Positions 1 through 10,152 of a stretch of 64,000 nt of DNA are shown piece by piece. Each line of letters begins with the position of its first letter. The first letter of the stretch is position 1. Source of the stretch: an uncultured Acidobacteriota bacterium. GTDB lineage: Bacteria; Acidobacteriota; Blastocatellia; RBC074. The translations under genes were made by a program, and so were the position numbers. Where the stretch lies: NCBI GenBank assembly GCA_963796275.1, contig CAWCKY010000001.1, forward strand, positions 960,001-1,024,000. The letters run 5' to 3'. The notes under the pieces were generated by a model. That model saw only the letters and a list, made by a program, of their open reading frames with translations, was not told where the DNA came from and made no database searches.

Positions 1-2317
1 TGATGAGCATTTGGATGTCGGCTTCGCTCGCGCGTTCGTTGACGATCTCGCTCTGCATTTCCTCGGCGAAATCGGCCGCTTCGCCTCCACGCAGACACTG
101 GTGCAGCGCATCTTTTATCTCATCGTCGAAATTGGCTTCGATCAACTCCAATGCGCGCATATCTTCGATTAACAGGCGGAATGCTTCGTCCAAATGGCGC
201 CAGCGCAATTGATTGCGGTAATAATTCTCGGCCTGGTGATTGAAGTCTTCTGCCTTGAGCTGCATCGGCGAACGAGGCCAATGGCGATTTGCACCTGATA
301 GGATGCCCCGCATCAGTTTTCCAGCGGCCGAACTGCCTGCCGGATCTTCCAATCTGGCTTGCAGGTCTTTTATGGTCCGCTGCAGTCCGAACATCTCGAT
401 CAGATCGGCCCCGTCCTCTATCATCGTCTTCAACAACGCCTGCCGGTAATCGTCGTTATGGACGCGCAGGAACCCGTGATAACGATGGCTCGACTGTGTT
501 CTCGTCGTGCGCTTCAGAATCGCTAGAAGAAATTGGTTGTTCGTATCGGAACGGACGAGAAAGGTCGGTATACCGATGGCTGCGCCGAAAAAGATTTGAC
601 GCCGCTCGCTTTCGATAAACGGGGAATCGGGAATCTGCGCGTGCGTCAATTTGCCCAGCGCCTGATACTTGAAGGCCAAGGCCGTTACGAGAATCTGAAT
701 GTCGACCGCCTGTGATAAATCCTCGGTCAGGCTCTCGAAGAGGCTATAATGCCTCCCCTCGAACCCGGAGAATCCCATGACCTCGAACTCGCGTAAGCGA
801 TAGAGCAAGTAGAGCGACATCTTCGTATCGAACACGCCGAAGTCGGTCAGGTCTCGTTTCAGTCGATCGCCATTACCGAGAGTGCCATCGAGCGCGGGAC
901 TGCGCTGTGTGCTCATCAGTACTACTGGATAGTCGATCAAACGATAATCGGTCACCCAGTCGCCCTTGAGGCGGAAGAGAGAACTCACTGCGCGATCAAT
1001 CCATTGGGGACCGAAGGGGGTCATGCGATAGCCGAGGACATTGAGGTCGGCTTTCTTTCGCCATTCTCTCCAGATCATCCGCAGGTGAGTGTAATCCAGC
1101 TCGTGCGGGAGGAATCCGAGAACTCTTTCCGGGTGAAAGTCGGCAAATTCGAACCGATAAGGGGCAGCGCTGTAAGTCCCGACGAAGAGGGGGAGAAAGT
1201 GCTCGACGATCTTTATCGTCAGGTCGCCGATCAGCTTCTCTTCCCTGGCGCCAAAATCGGTATCTCCGCTTCGCATCGCGTCGCTCAACATTCGACTCCC
1301 CAGACTGACGTGCGTTCCGTTATTCGCCAGGCTGGTGTTGGAGAGATTGGGGAGAACGACGAGATTGTTGACGATTATGCCCGCCTCGCGAAGTTTGGAG
1401 ACGGCATTCAACTGGCTTCGGGTGAGCACCTGATGGCAGAGATTCATGTAGGCGTGCTTCGATTCGCCATCATCCCACCCGGAGAGACACGGGCTCATAA
1501 AGAGCTCGCGGTAATATGCATCGGAGATAGCGTTGTTGAGCTGTTTCTGACGCACGGGCGGGTGCGGCGCGCAATAGATCATTGCCCGCTGTCCATTCGC
1601 CTCGAGCCCCAAACGGCGGTTTGCGTAAATCGTTAAGAGTTGAGATAAGAGGAAGCGTTTGGATTTTTCGCGAGCCACGTCTCTGCCGAGGCTTTTATTC
1701 CGGTGTGAAACTGCAACATGAAATGAGAATGTCTCGGGCGATGTATTGTCATTGAGGAAATGCGACATCAACCGGATGCCGGTGGTGAAGATGGCTGGAT
1801 GAAGGTCGGGCTGGGATCCGATCGCCTCGGCGAGAGACAGTTTGAGCAGATAACTGACGGGAATCCGAACGACGTTTTCGCCGTTCTCGCGGACAATGAA
1901 ACGGCCCAGGTCCGATCGAAGACCTCCCAGTTGATTGCGTCTGTCGGCCTGCAGGTCGGCTTGCAACGTTTTATGTGCAAATCGAGAGAGCAAATGTTCC
2001 GGGAAACGCACCCAACTGTTCTCCCAGACACTCTCATCGTTATCGTTGAGGAAGCTCTCCAGTTCTATGATTACGCGTTTTGAAGTATCGCCTGCTGCAA
2101 TGCGTCGAGCGATATTGGCGAAGTAATTGGAACGTTCGATGGTCAGCGGCAGGTCGACCGAATTTTTGTCGCCGATGACGACTGCCTGCAGTTCCGATTC
2201 GGAACCGGCTGTGATGTCATTCGCGGAGAATGGCAGTGATGCATTACCGAGCATGTCGAATGCCCGCTCCAGCGAGCTGGATGCTGATATCTCATTGAGA
2301 TCATTTATGAGTGGCAT
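1..2317 (-). CDS. Large hypothetical protein (>=772 aa, 3' end runs off the window); possible GS/GCS-fold ligase-like enzyme
   Basis: Manual translation of the reverse strand gives a stop-free frame from ATG at 2317 (MPLINDLNEI...TAGSESELQAVV...VWENSWVRF...NDNTSPETFSF...ELFMSPCLSGWD...LANNGTHVSLG...GFSGFEGRHYSLFE...ESERRQIFFGAAIGIPTF...) to base 1. It is absent from the ORF track because it has no stop inside the window. Confidence 0.9.
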   Translation of the reverse strand, partial: MPLINDLNEISASSSLERAFDMLGNASLPFSANDITAGSESELQAVVIGDKNSVDLPLTIERSNYFANIARRIAAGDTSKRVIIELESFLNDNDESVWENSWVRFPEHLLSRFAHKTLQADLQADRRNQLGGLRSDLGRFIVRENGENVVRIPVSYLLKLSLAEAIGSQPDLHPAIFTTGIRLMSHFLNDNTSPETFSFHVAVSHRNKSLGRDVAREKSKRFLLSQLLTIYANRRLGLEANGQRAMIYCAPHPPVRQKQLNNAISDAYYRELFMSPCLSGWDDGESKHAYMNLCHQVLTRSQLNAVSKLREAGIIVNNLVVLPNLSNTSLANNGTHVSLGSRMLSDAMRSGDTDFGAREEKLIGDLTIKIVEHFLPLFVGTYSAAPYRFEFADFHPERVLGFLPHELDYTHLRMIWREWRKKADLNVLGYRMTPFGPQWIDRAVSSLFRLKGDWVTDYRLIDYPVVLMSTQRSPALDGTLGNGDRLKRDLTDFGVFDTKMSLYLLYRLREFEVMGFSGFEGRHYSLFESLTEDLSQAVDIQILVTALAFKYQALGKLTHAQIPDSPFIESERRQIFFGAAIGIPTFLVRSDTNNQFLLAILKRTTRTQSSHRYHGFLRVHNDDYRQALLKTMIEDGADLIEMFGLQRTIKDLQARLEDPAGSSAAGKLMRGILSGANRHWPRSPMQLKAEDFNHQAENYYRNQLRWRHLDEAFRLLIEDMRALELIEANFDDEIKDALHQCLRGGEAADFAEEMQSEIVNERASEADIQMLI

Positions 2318-2579
2318 TTTTCCATCCCACAAAAACACCGAATTTATGATTTTTTGGGGAAATCCTCATTTCTTAGTTGCCCACGTGAGATTACGCCTGC
2401 CGTCTCAATTTTGTGTTACCACGCAATTAATTATTCGTAAATCTATATATCTTCTTGTTTGCCAAGATTTTTAGCTCAGCTTTTGATAAATTTCGCATGC
2501 AGCTAATGGGGAATTAAGGCTCATATCTTATTTTGTACGCCTACCAACGAGCGGTCGACTCAATAAAAGGAGCTAATCA

Positions 2580-3641
2580 ATGCATAAAAAGCTACCCGCG
2601 TTTCTTATGTGGGTTCTCCTTGTGTTCACCGGCGCTGAGATCTGCAGGTCGAATACCAACGATGCTGAGATTATGCAGTTGATCTCTCCGCATGCGGCAC
2701 ATCTCAGGCTGAAACCGACTGAACTACAGTTGCTATCCAAAGGGGAGATCATTGCGCGCGATGTGCCTGCGAGCCATTACAAAGAGATGGCCGGATTCGG
2801 CGCGATGTTGGCCGAGGCTGAACCGAAAGAGTTTGTCGAAGCTTTCCGCACGCTATCCGTCTTTAAACAAAGCAAGAGCATAATCTCCTATGGGCGTTTC
2901 GGAGATCACCCGACGCTCAATGATCTGATCAGCCTCTCGCTCAAAGACAAAGATCTGCTGGAACTGATGCGTGCGCGAGTGAACTCTTCAGACGTTAAGT
3001 TGTCCGAAGCGGATATCGCGCGCATTCAGGCAATTGCCGGGCCCGGGCCTCGTTTCACCGGCAAACTGATCACGGCGCTCACCAATGAGTACAAATCGAT
3101 CCTGCTTGAGAAGGTCAAGTCTTATGCAACGCTCGGCGGCAGATCGCTTGGCGCTAATGCCGATCAGGATGAGCCGGTCGATACGAATGACGCGATGATT
3201 CGCATGCTGCGTTATCAGGCATCGTACGCGAAATATGGTGAAGACTTTTATTCGCTGCTTACCGGGAATCCGCGCATAAATAACGATGAACGGGCTGAGT
3301 CTTTCTATTACTGGGCAGTGCAGAGGTTCGGGCAGTTGAAGCCGGTCATCAGCCTAGTACATGTCACGATCTTCCATGAAGGCACGCGCGTCTTTATCGC
3401 TTCAAAGCAAATCTATTCGAACCATTACACCGAAGCAGGCATGGGCATTGCAGAGTTGATCCCCATCACCGATCAGCACGGCAAGGTTCGCACGCTCACA
3501 GCCTATACGATACGCCTGCAGGTCGATATGTTCGGCGGCACGATGGGATTTATGAAGAAGCGGATGGCGCAGCCTCGAATGCTGGAGAAATTGAAAGAGA
3601 GTCTGCAAGGCCTCCGAGCCAATGTGATAATTGATAATTGA
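2580..3641 (+). CDS. Exported hypothetical protein
   Basis: 353-aa ORF, AGGAG RBS, N-terminal signal-peptide-like segment; no family recognised. Confidence 0.8.
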   Translation: MHKKLPAFLMWVLLVFTGAEICRSNTNDAEIMQLISPHAAHLRLKPTELQLLSKGEIIARDVPASHYKEMAGFGAMLAEAEPKEFVEAFRTLSVFKQSKSIISYGRFGDHPTLNDLISLSLKDKDLLELMRARVNSSDVKLSEADIARIQAIAGPGPRFTGKLITALTNEYKSILLEKVKSYATLGGRSLGANADQDEPVDTNDAMIRMLRYQASYAKYGEDFYSLLTGNPRINNDERAESFYYWAVQRFGQLKPVISLVHVTIFHEGTRVFIASKQIYSNHYTEAGMGIAELIPITDQHGKVRTLTAYTIRLQVDMFGGTMGFMKKRMAQPRMLEKLKESLQGLRANVIIDN

Positions 3642-3792
3642 TAATTGATAATTGATAGTTAGATAGCTGATAGCTGATAGCTGATAGCTGATAGCTGATA
3701 GCTGATAGCTGATAGCTCGTATAAATTGGGGCAACAGTCTATACAAACTATCAACTATCAATTATCAATTATCAATTATCAATTATCAATTA
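3625..3792. repeat. Heptamer-repeat palindrome with 38-bp core (family A), between convergent genes
   Basis: (TGATAAT)n and (GATAGCT)n, then core TAGCTCGTATAAATTGGGGCAACAGTCTATACAAACTA at 3713-3750, then (TATCAAT)n inverted arm. Confidence 0.9.
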
Positions 3793-6700
3793 TTAGTCTC
3801 CTTTCGCAGATTCGGGCTCGATCTCATGCTGAGGGGAACTGCCCGCGTGCCCCGAACGGAAGAACGACGTACGGTCCAGCACCTTCTCCTGGAACTGCTC
3901 CAGGTAGAGATATATCACCGGTGTGATATAGAGCGTGATGAACTGGGAGACTATCAGACCGCCGACGATCACCAGCCCCAGCGGCCGGCGAGACGAGCCG
4001 TCTGCTCCGAATCCCACTGCAATCGGAACCGCGCCGATGACGGCGGCGAGAGTGGTCATGATGATGGGACGGAAGCGGTCCATGCTCGCGTCATGAATGG
4101 CACGCGCTGCCGGTTCGCCCGCATCGACTCGATGACGCGCGAAGTCGACGATCATAATTCCATTCTTCTTGACGATACCCATCAGCATAAACAAACCGAC
4201 GAACGCATAGAGCGACGCTTCCTGTTTGAATAAAAATAGAGTCAACAATCCTCCCACGAGCGCGGGCGGCAGGGTCGACAAGACTGTCAGCGGATGGACG
4301 TAACTCTCGTACAAAATTGCCAGAATCACGTACATGACGAAGACGGCCAATACCATCAGGATGGTTAGATTCCTGACCGTATTGGTGAAGGTCAGGGCCT
4401 CACCTTGCAAGCCGCCGCGCACCGTTTGCGGCACCACTTCGGCAGCCGTCTTGCTAATATGATCCGTTGCGTCGCCGAGAGGTACTCCCGGCTTGAGATT
4501 GAAAAAGATGTTCATGCTGGTGAACTGGTTGAGGTGGTTGACTGATTGCGGGCCGAGCGTGGTCTTCCACGTAACCAGTTCGCTGAGTGGAACCAGGTTC
4601 GCTCCATTATCCGATCTGATATAGAGCAGACCGAGGTTTTCGGCTCTCGATCGTGCAGCGTCTGCCATCTCCAGAATGACCTGGTACTGATCCTCGGGCT
4701 TCTTGATCAGGTAAAGATAGTTCTGTGAATAGGCGCTGCGCAGCAGATTGAGGATCCGCGCCTCTGACACTCCGTAAATTTTGGCCTGAGCGCGGCGGAT
4801 CTCTATATCGAGATTGGGCGTATTGGCGAAGTAGTCGGACGAGACGCTCAGAAAGCCGGGATAACCCATAAGTTTCCCCATCAACTTCGTCCCCACATCG
4901 TAAACCTGGTTCGGATCGACGCCGGAGACGGTGAAGGTATATTGCCCCTGGTTCTGATTGGTCGTTCCGGTGTTGATCTCCAGGACCGGTAATCCTCGCA
5001 AGAATGCAAAGACTCCGGGAATTGCGCTGATCTTCCCCATCAGTTCCGCCGCAATATTATCTATCGGAGGGCGGCCTGATGGCGGCCCGAGAGAGATGAA
5101 GGTGATTCCCGTGTTGGAGGCCGCGAATCCGGTGATGCCGCTTATGGTGAAATTCGACAGGACATTCGGGTCCTGATTCAGAGTCTCTTCGACCCGATCC
5201 TGCAGGGCGCTCATCTGCTCCGGCGATGACCCCTCCTTGCCCATGAAAACGCCGAAAATGGTGCCGCTGTCTCCCGGCGGCAGGAACGACTTGGGAACGG
5301 CCATCAGAAGTTGGATGGTGCCGGCAAGACAGACGACCCAGATAAGCAGTGAAATCCATCGATGCCTCAGAAACCACCAGAGCGATGAGCCGTAGACATT
5401 GAGCACCCGCCGCTCCACCGCGCCGAATGCGCGTTCCATCCATGTCTTTCGTTCTCCCGCTCCGCGGTCTTTGAGCAGGCGCGCGCACATCAACGGCGTC
5501 AGAGTAAGCGACACCAGACCGGAGGCGAAGATGGCGATCACGATGGTCACCGAAAACTCGCGGAAGACCCGACCCACTTGTCCCGCCATAAAGACCAATG
5601 GTATGAAGACCGCTGCCAGCGAAACGGTCATCGAGAGAATGGTGAAGCTGATCTCCCGGGCGCTGTTGAGAGTTGCCTCCAAAACAGGTTCTCCCCGCTC
5701 CATCCGCCGCACCGTGTTCTCCAAAAATACGATGGCGTCGTCGACCAGGAAGCCGATGGCCAGTGTCAGCGCCATGAGCGAGAGGTTGTCCAGGCTATAT
5801 CCCAGAAACCGCATTGCTATGAATGTGATCAGGAGCGAAAGAGGAAGCGCTACCGCCGGAATGAGCGTATCCCTCGCCCGTCCCAGGAAAACGAAGATGA
5901 CAATCACCACCAGCGCAAAGGCGATGGCGAGGGTCACCTGAACATCCGTTACCGAATGGATGATCGATTCCGAGCGGTCATAGACGGGTATGATACGCAC
6001 CGAACCGGGAAGCTCGGCGGTGATCACCGGCAATAATTTCTTGATGTCTTCGGCGACTTCCACGACATTGGCGCCGGCCCGCCTGCTGACAGCCATAATC
6101 ACGGTAGCCGTCGGCACGCTATAACCTTTAACCCGGAACCGCATGTCCACGCGTTCATCCTGAACCGAGTCATGCACCTGAGCCACATCACGCAGATAGA
6201 CCGGAGAGCCTTCCCTCGTGCTGATGATCAGATTGCTATACCCTTCCGGGCTATCGAGCTGTCCCTGCGGGCGCAGAATCGCCGTGCCTTCCGCGCTATC
6301 GAATTGCCCCGCGCCCGTGTAACTCGTACCGCTTCTGATGGCAGCCGTCAGATCATCGATCGATATGCCACGAGCCCACATGGCGGCCGGGTCAGCCTTG
6401 ATCCGAATGGCCGTTTTGGAGCCGAAGACCTGCACCTGGCTGACTCCCGATATGATGCTGATCCGCTGTCCGACCTGTGTGCTCGCTAAATCGTAGAGCT
6501 GGCCCGGAGTGACCGAATCGCTCGTCAGCGCGATATACATAATCGGCTGATCGTTCGGGTTTGTTTTGGTGAAGGTCGGCGGCGACGGCAGGTCGATCGG
6601 GAGACTCCCGGTCGCCTGCGAGATGGCGGTCTGCACATCCGTGGCAGCGGCATCTATGTCCTTATCCAGGTTGAACTGCAGCGTCAGGCTGGTGGCCCCC

Positions 6701-6960
6701 TGAAAGCTCTGTGAGGTGACGAGCTCCAGCCCATCGATCTGCATAAATTGGCGTTCGAGAGGCGTGGCGATATTGTTGGCCATCGTATCCGGGCTGGCGC
6801 CGGGATAGCTCGCGCTCACCTGAATGACCGGATAATCGACTGCCGGTAGGTCGTTCACCGGGAGCTGAAAATAACACAGGACTCCGAAGAGGATGACCGA
6901 GACGGTCAACACCGCAGTCATAACGGGACGATGGATAAAGGGTTCGGATAGACTTCTCAT
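3793..6960 (-). CDS. RND efflux permease (AcrB/MdtB-MdtC family)
   Basis: 1055 aa; FIHRPVMT start, LPVNDLPAVDYPVIQV, GFLVDDAIVFLEN, GIVKKNGIMIVDFA, RFRPIIMTT motifs. Confidence 0.95.
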   Translation of the reverse strand: MRSLSEPFIHRPVMTAVLTVSVILFGVLCYFQLPVNDLPAVDYPVIQVSASYPGASPDTMANNIATPLERQFMQIDGLELVTSQSFQGATSLTLQFNLDKDIDAAATDVQTAISQATGSLPIDLPSPPTFTKTNPNDQPIMYIALTSDSVTPGQLYDLASTQVGQRISIISGVSQVQVFGSKTAIRIKADPAAMWARGISIDDLTAAIRSGTSYTGAGQFDSAEGTAILRPQGQLDSPEGYSNLIISTREGSPVYLRDVAQVHDSVQDERVDMRFRVKGYSVPTATVIMAVSRRAGANVVEVAEDIKKLLPVITAELPGSVRIIPVYDRSESIIHSVTDVQVTLAIAFALVVIVIFVFLGRARDTLIPAVALPLSLLITFIAMRFLGYSLDNLSLMALTLAIGFLVDDAIVFLENTVRRMERGEPVLEATLNSAREISFTILSMTVSLAAVFIPLVFMAGQVGRVFREFSVTIVIAIFASGLVSLTLTPLMCARLLKDRGAGERKTWMERAFGAVERRVLNVYGSSLWWFLRHRWISLLIWVVCLAGTIQLLMAVPKSFLPPGDSGTIFGVFMGKEGSSPEQMSALQDRVEETLNQDPNVLSNFTISGITGFAASNTGITFISLGPPSGRPPIDNIAAELMGKISAIPGVFAFLRGLPVLEINTGTTNQNQGQYTFTVSGVDPNQVYDVGTKLMGKLMGYPGFLSVSSDYFANTPNLDIEIRRAQAKIYGVSEARILNLLRSAYSQNYLYLIKKPEDQYQVILEMADAARSRAENLGLLYIRSDNGANLVPLSELVTWKTTLGPQSVNHLNQFTSMNIFFNLKPGVPLGDATDHISKTAAEVVPQTVRGGLQGEALTFTNTVRNLTILMVLAVFVMYVILAILYESYVHPLTVLSTLPPALVGGLLTLFLFKQEASLYAFVGLFMLMGIVKKNGIMIVDFARHRVDAGEPAARAIHDASMDRFRPIIMTTLAAVIGAVPIAVGFGADGSSRRPLGLVIVGGLIVSQFITLYITPVIYLYLEQFQEKVLDRTSFFRSGHAGSSPQHEIEPESAKGD

Positions 6961-8279
6961 GGTTTGCCTCCCATATCTCTGGCGGCCGAACTTTCATCGG
7001 CTTTCGAAGGTTCGATTCGAACCTTGCCGCCCGGCATCACTCCCATATGTCCGTTTACGATGACGCGTTCACCGGCGGCCAAACCTTTCTCGATGACTAC
7101 CAGGTCCTCCTGCCGCTGACCTATTGTCACCGGACGCAGTTCGACGCTCAGGTCATCCTTCACAACATAAACGTAGCGCCCCTGAGCCGACATCTGCGGC
7201 GCAGCGCCAGGGACCAATACCGCTCCCTTGAGAGTTTCCAAGACCAGCCGAATGTTGACGAATCTGCCAGGCCAGAAGCGCCGATCCTTGTTGGCTATAG
7301 TGGCTCGGAGGTTTACTGTCCCGGTTGCATCCTGTACGGCATTATCCAGAAATGTGAGCTGCCCGACAGTCGCTTTATCCGGCGCATCAGGGAGATAAAC
7401 CTCAGTTCTCAACGTACCGCGAGCCATCTGCCTTTGAACTGATGAAAGATCGCCCTGTGAGATCGTGAATTCGGCATAGATGGGGTCCATCCGTTGTATC
7501 ACCAATAGAGGGTTGGTATTACCGGGATTGACCACGTTTCCGATATCGACCAGCCGCTGCCCCGTGCGCCCGTCAATGGGCGAGCGGATGTAGCAATAGC
7601 TTAGTTGTAAGTTTGCGTTCTCGATAGCGGCTTCATCAACCTTGATAGCTTCTTCCGCGTTGCGTATTGCTGCGCGGTCGGCATTGACGGTCGCATTCAA
7701 GGCATCGGCGTTGGTCTGCATCTGTTCGTACTGATCGACCGAAACGACGCCCTGCTTATTCAGTTGGGCGTAACGCTCCGCTTGCGATTCTCCAAACTTC
7801 GCTTGCGCTATGTCTCTGGCGAGAGTCGCTTCGGCTTGCTTTTTAAACGCCATGTCTTTCTCGAGGTTAAATTTGGCTTGCTGTAGACTGACCTCGAATG
7901 GCCGCGGATCGATGGTGAAGAGCAGATCGCCCTTCTTGACATCCGCGCCGTCGGTGAAATGGAGCTGGGTGATGCGCCCGGAGACCTGCGGCTGGATGGC
8001 GACCATCTCGCGGGCCACGCACTTGCCGATCTGATCGAGATAGAACGGCACATCGCGCGAAACCGCTGCCGCAACCGTAACCGGGGCCGGCGGTCGCTCA
8101 AACGCTGCCTGTTCTTTCGTCCCACAACCGGACATGACGATTACTCCGATGACCAGTAATGTCAGCCGCGTTGACTGTTTCTTTAGGGAAAACTGCCTGT
8201 TTGGAATCGTAGATCCAAAAAAGATTGAAGAGTTACTCTGCATGATGCCCCTTCTCGCTTGATATAAAATACTGTCCAT
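6957..8279 (-). CDS. RND periplasmic adaptor (MdtA-like membrane fusion protein)
   Basis: IQPQVSGRI, VKKGDLLFTIDPR, IRSPIDGRTGQRLVDIGN, FLDNAVQDATGTV; overlaps the permease start (ATGA). The start may be 8243 or later. Confidence 0.93.
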   Translation of the reverse strand: MDSILYQARRGIMQSNSSIFFGSTIPNRQFSLKKQSTRLTLLVIGVIVMSGCGTKEQAAFERPPAPVTVAAAVSRDVPFYLDQIGKCVAREMVAIQPQVSGRITQLHFTDGADVKKGDLLFTIDPRPFEVSLQQAKFNLEKDMAFKKQAEATLARDIAQAKFGESQAERYAQLNKQGVVSVDQYEQMQTNADALNATVNADRAAIRNAEEAIKVDEAAIENANLQLSYCYIRSPIDGRTGQRLVDIGNVVNPGNTNPLLVIQRMDPIYAEFTISQGDLSSVQRQMARGTLRTEVYLPDAPDKATVGQLTFLDNAVQDATGTVNLRATIANKDRRFWPGRFVNIRLVLETLKGAVLVPGAAPQMSAQGRYVYVVKDDLSVELRPVTIGQRQEDLVVIEKGLAAGERVIVNGHMGVMPGGKVRIEPSKADESSAARDMGGKP

Positions 8280-8754
8280 CGCCTATTTTCAATCAGCATT
8301 TCATACACCGGAAACCTGATTTAAATTTGCGCAAACCTTGATGAATGAAGCCACGATGAGAATTACGACAAAGGTGATTTTTTTCCCCTTTTTTCTGTCT
8401 TGTCGCTTCTTCCTGGTTTTATTATCTGTACGTATGTTGCGAGGTCTAGTTTAGTTAGAATTCTCTCGAGTTCTGTCCGTAGATTTGGCCTTCGTGACTG
8501 CAACATGGGTGCAGATATAATACGCTAGAAATCGAGGCAGACTCAACATGAAAGTATGAATCATCGCGGTTCAAAACCTGCTTTTCAGGCGTCTGATAGA
8601 GGGCAAGCCATCGATGGCTCGTAATTAGATTTGCGCTTTTGAATTTGGGCGCTTCGTGTGAAGTCTATCGACTTTGAGTTTGTAAACAGAAACAAAATTT
8701 TGGTAAGCGAATGGGCGAAACTCCTCAGATTGATTCTCGAGTTTCGCGTGCAAT

Positions 8755-9180
8755 TTCTGAGGAGATATTGACGATAACTCCGGTCTGTCGCAAAATCATT
8801 GACCGATCACGGCCTTGAAGAGCCGGAACGGGCCGATAATAATCTCCTGCAGTGCGAACTCATATACCTCGAATTAAGTGTCGGTATCAGGTGTAAGGGA
8901 ACGCGAGGCCGGAGGAGCATTGATCTGGATATTTACCGGTCCGGCCGATGCCGCTGCCTGCCCCACAACCTGCCCCGCAATCGGATAGACGCTCTCTTTT
9001 GTCGCTCGCATCCGCGACAATTCCGTAGGCGACACGATCTTCTTCTGATGTCTTTGACGGTCTTATCGAGCTCTGCCTGAGGGCGGACGGCGAACGCAAC
9101 CATTGCGCGCCTTCGGCAGAAATCGCACCGCTAGCCCGCCCCAACCCGGCTCCCGGTAATTAGCACAAACTTCTCGTTGA
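8755..9180 (-). pseudogene. Degraded short-chain dehydrogenase (SDR) remnant
   Basis: Reverse strand yields SDR fragments across shifting frames: KFVLITG(S)R, MVAF, AYGIVADASDK, IGPFRLFKAVIG, MILRQTGVIVNISS; truncated before the YxxxK motif. Confidence 0.6.
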
Positions 9181-9305
9181 ATCGAGTTTAACCAGGTATC
9201 CCCTGCTATCGCGATAGCATCATCTATGCCCCCTTACCCCTGTATGCCCCCTGACGATTACTAATTAATTTGATAATGTATCAGCGGAATAATAATTGGG
9301 TAGAT

Positions 9306-9869
9306 ATGACGGAAAACGCCATTGCAAGTTATATTGCGCAGAATATCCGGCAGTTGAGATTGATCCGGAACATGACGCAGGAACAGCTCGCGCGGCTCTC
9401 CGGTGTGCCACGACCGACGTGGACCAATCTGGAATCGGGCACTGCCAATCCGACGGTCTCTGTTTTGGCCAGGGTTGCAGCAGCGCTGCAGGTGCCGGTC
9501 GAAGAGCTGATCAGTCCGCCGAAAGCCCAGGCCAAACTATATTCAGCCGATTCCATTGAGCGGGAGGAGCGCGGCAGCGTGATCATCAGGAGGGTCCTAC
9601 CTGATCATCTTTTGGGGCTTGAAATCGACCGCATGGAACTCCCACCCGGATCAGAGTTAACCGGAGTCCCACACCGCCTTGGATCGATGGAATATCTGGT
9701 CTGCGAATCCGGCCGGGTGGAACTGGAAGTCATAGGAGAGAAATATGAGCTATCTCCTGGCGATGTAGTCGTGTTTCAAGGGGACCAGAACCATTCCTTT
9801 GCGAACCGTGAGACGGAGGTAGCGATCGCATACATTGCCGTGGTTATCGGGCCAAGTCGGATCAGTTAG
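9306..9869 (+). CDS. XRE-family HTH regulator with C-terminal cupin domain
   Basis: IRQLRLIRNMTQEQLARLSGV...LESGTANPTVSVL HTH, then cupin (PHRLGSMEYLVCESG...LSPGDVVVFQGDQNH). Confidence 0.92.
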   Translation: MTENAIASYIAQNIRQLRLIRNMTQEQLARLSGVPRPTWTNLESGTANPTVSVLARVAAALQVPVEELISPPKAQAKLYSADSIEREERGSVIIRRVLPDHLLGLEIDRMELPPGSELTGVPHRLGSMEYLVCESGRVELEVIGEKYELSPGDVVVFQGDQNHSFANRETEVAIAYIAVVIGPSRIS

Positions 9870-10152
9870 TCGATCTTTAGCCGATTACCCGTCGTTTTTT
9901 CGGCCTTATTTCGTTACTCTACAGCCAGCAAATCAATAGTCTGTGCGAGACAGCTATCTATGAAGACGTGCAAACAAGAGATTGATTGCCATCAGTGTTG
10001 TCTGGAGCTCCAGTGAACAGGCCCACCTTCTGCCTCGGCGGCACGTGAGCTTTCTCGTACAACCAAATAATTGGGATAACAGGGCATCAGACGGATAGTC
10101 GAATATGGTCTATTCGCAATTTGACGCGCTTAAAGCGCGAGGGAGGATACCA

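Noticed and set aside
3-2474. Plus-strand ORFs such as 1004..1636, 1760..2083 and 2127..2474
   Set aside because: Antisense shadows of the long minus-strand gene 2317..<1.
3625-3792. Possible CRISPR array
   Set aside because: 7-bp tandem units without unique spacers; no cas genes in the window.
3402-3926. ORFs with YQLSAIS / INYQLS peptide repeats
   Set aside because: Translations of heptamer DNA repeats. The same artefact extends the N-termini of the ORFs at 18562 and 57808.
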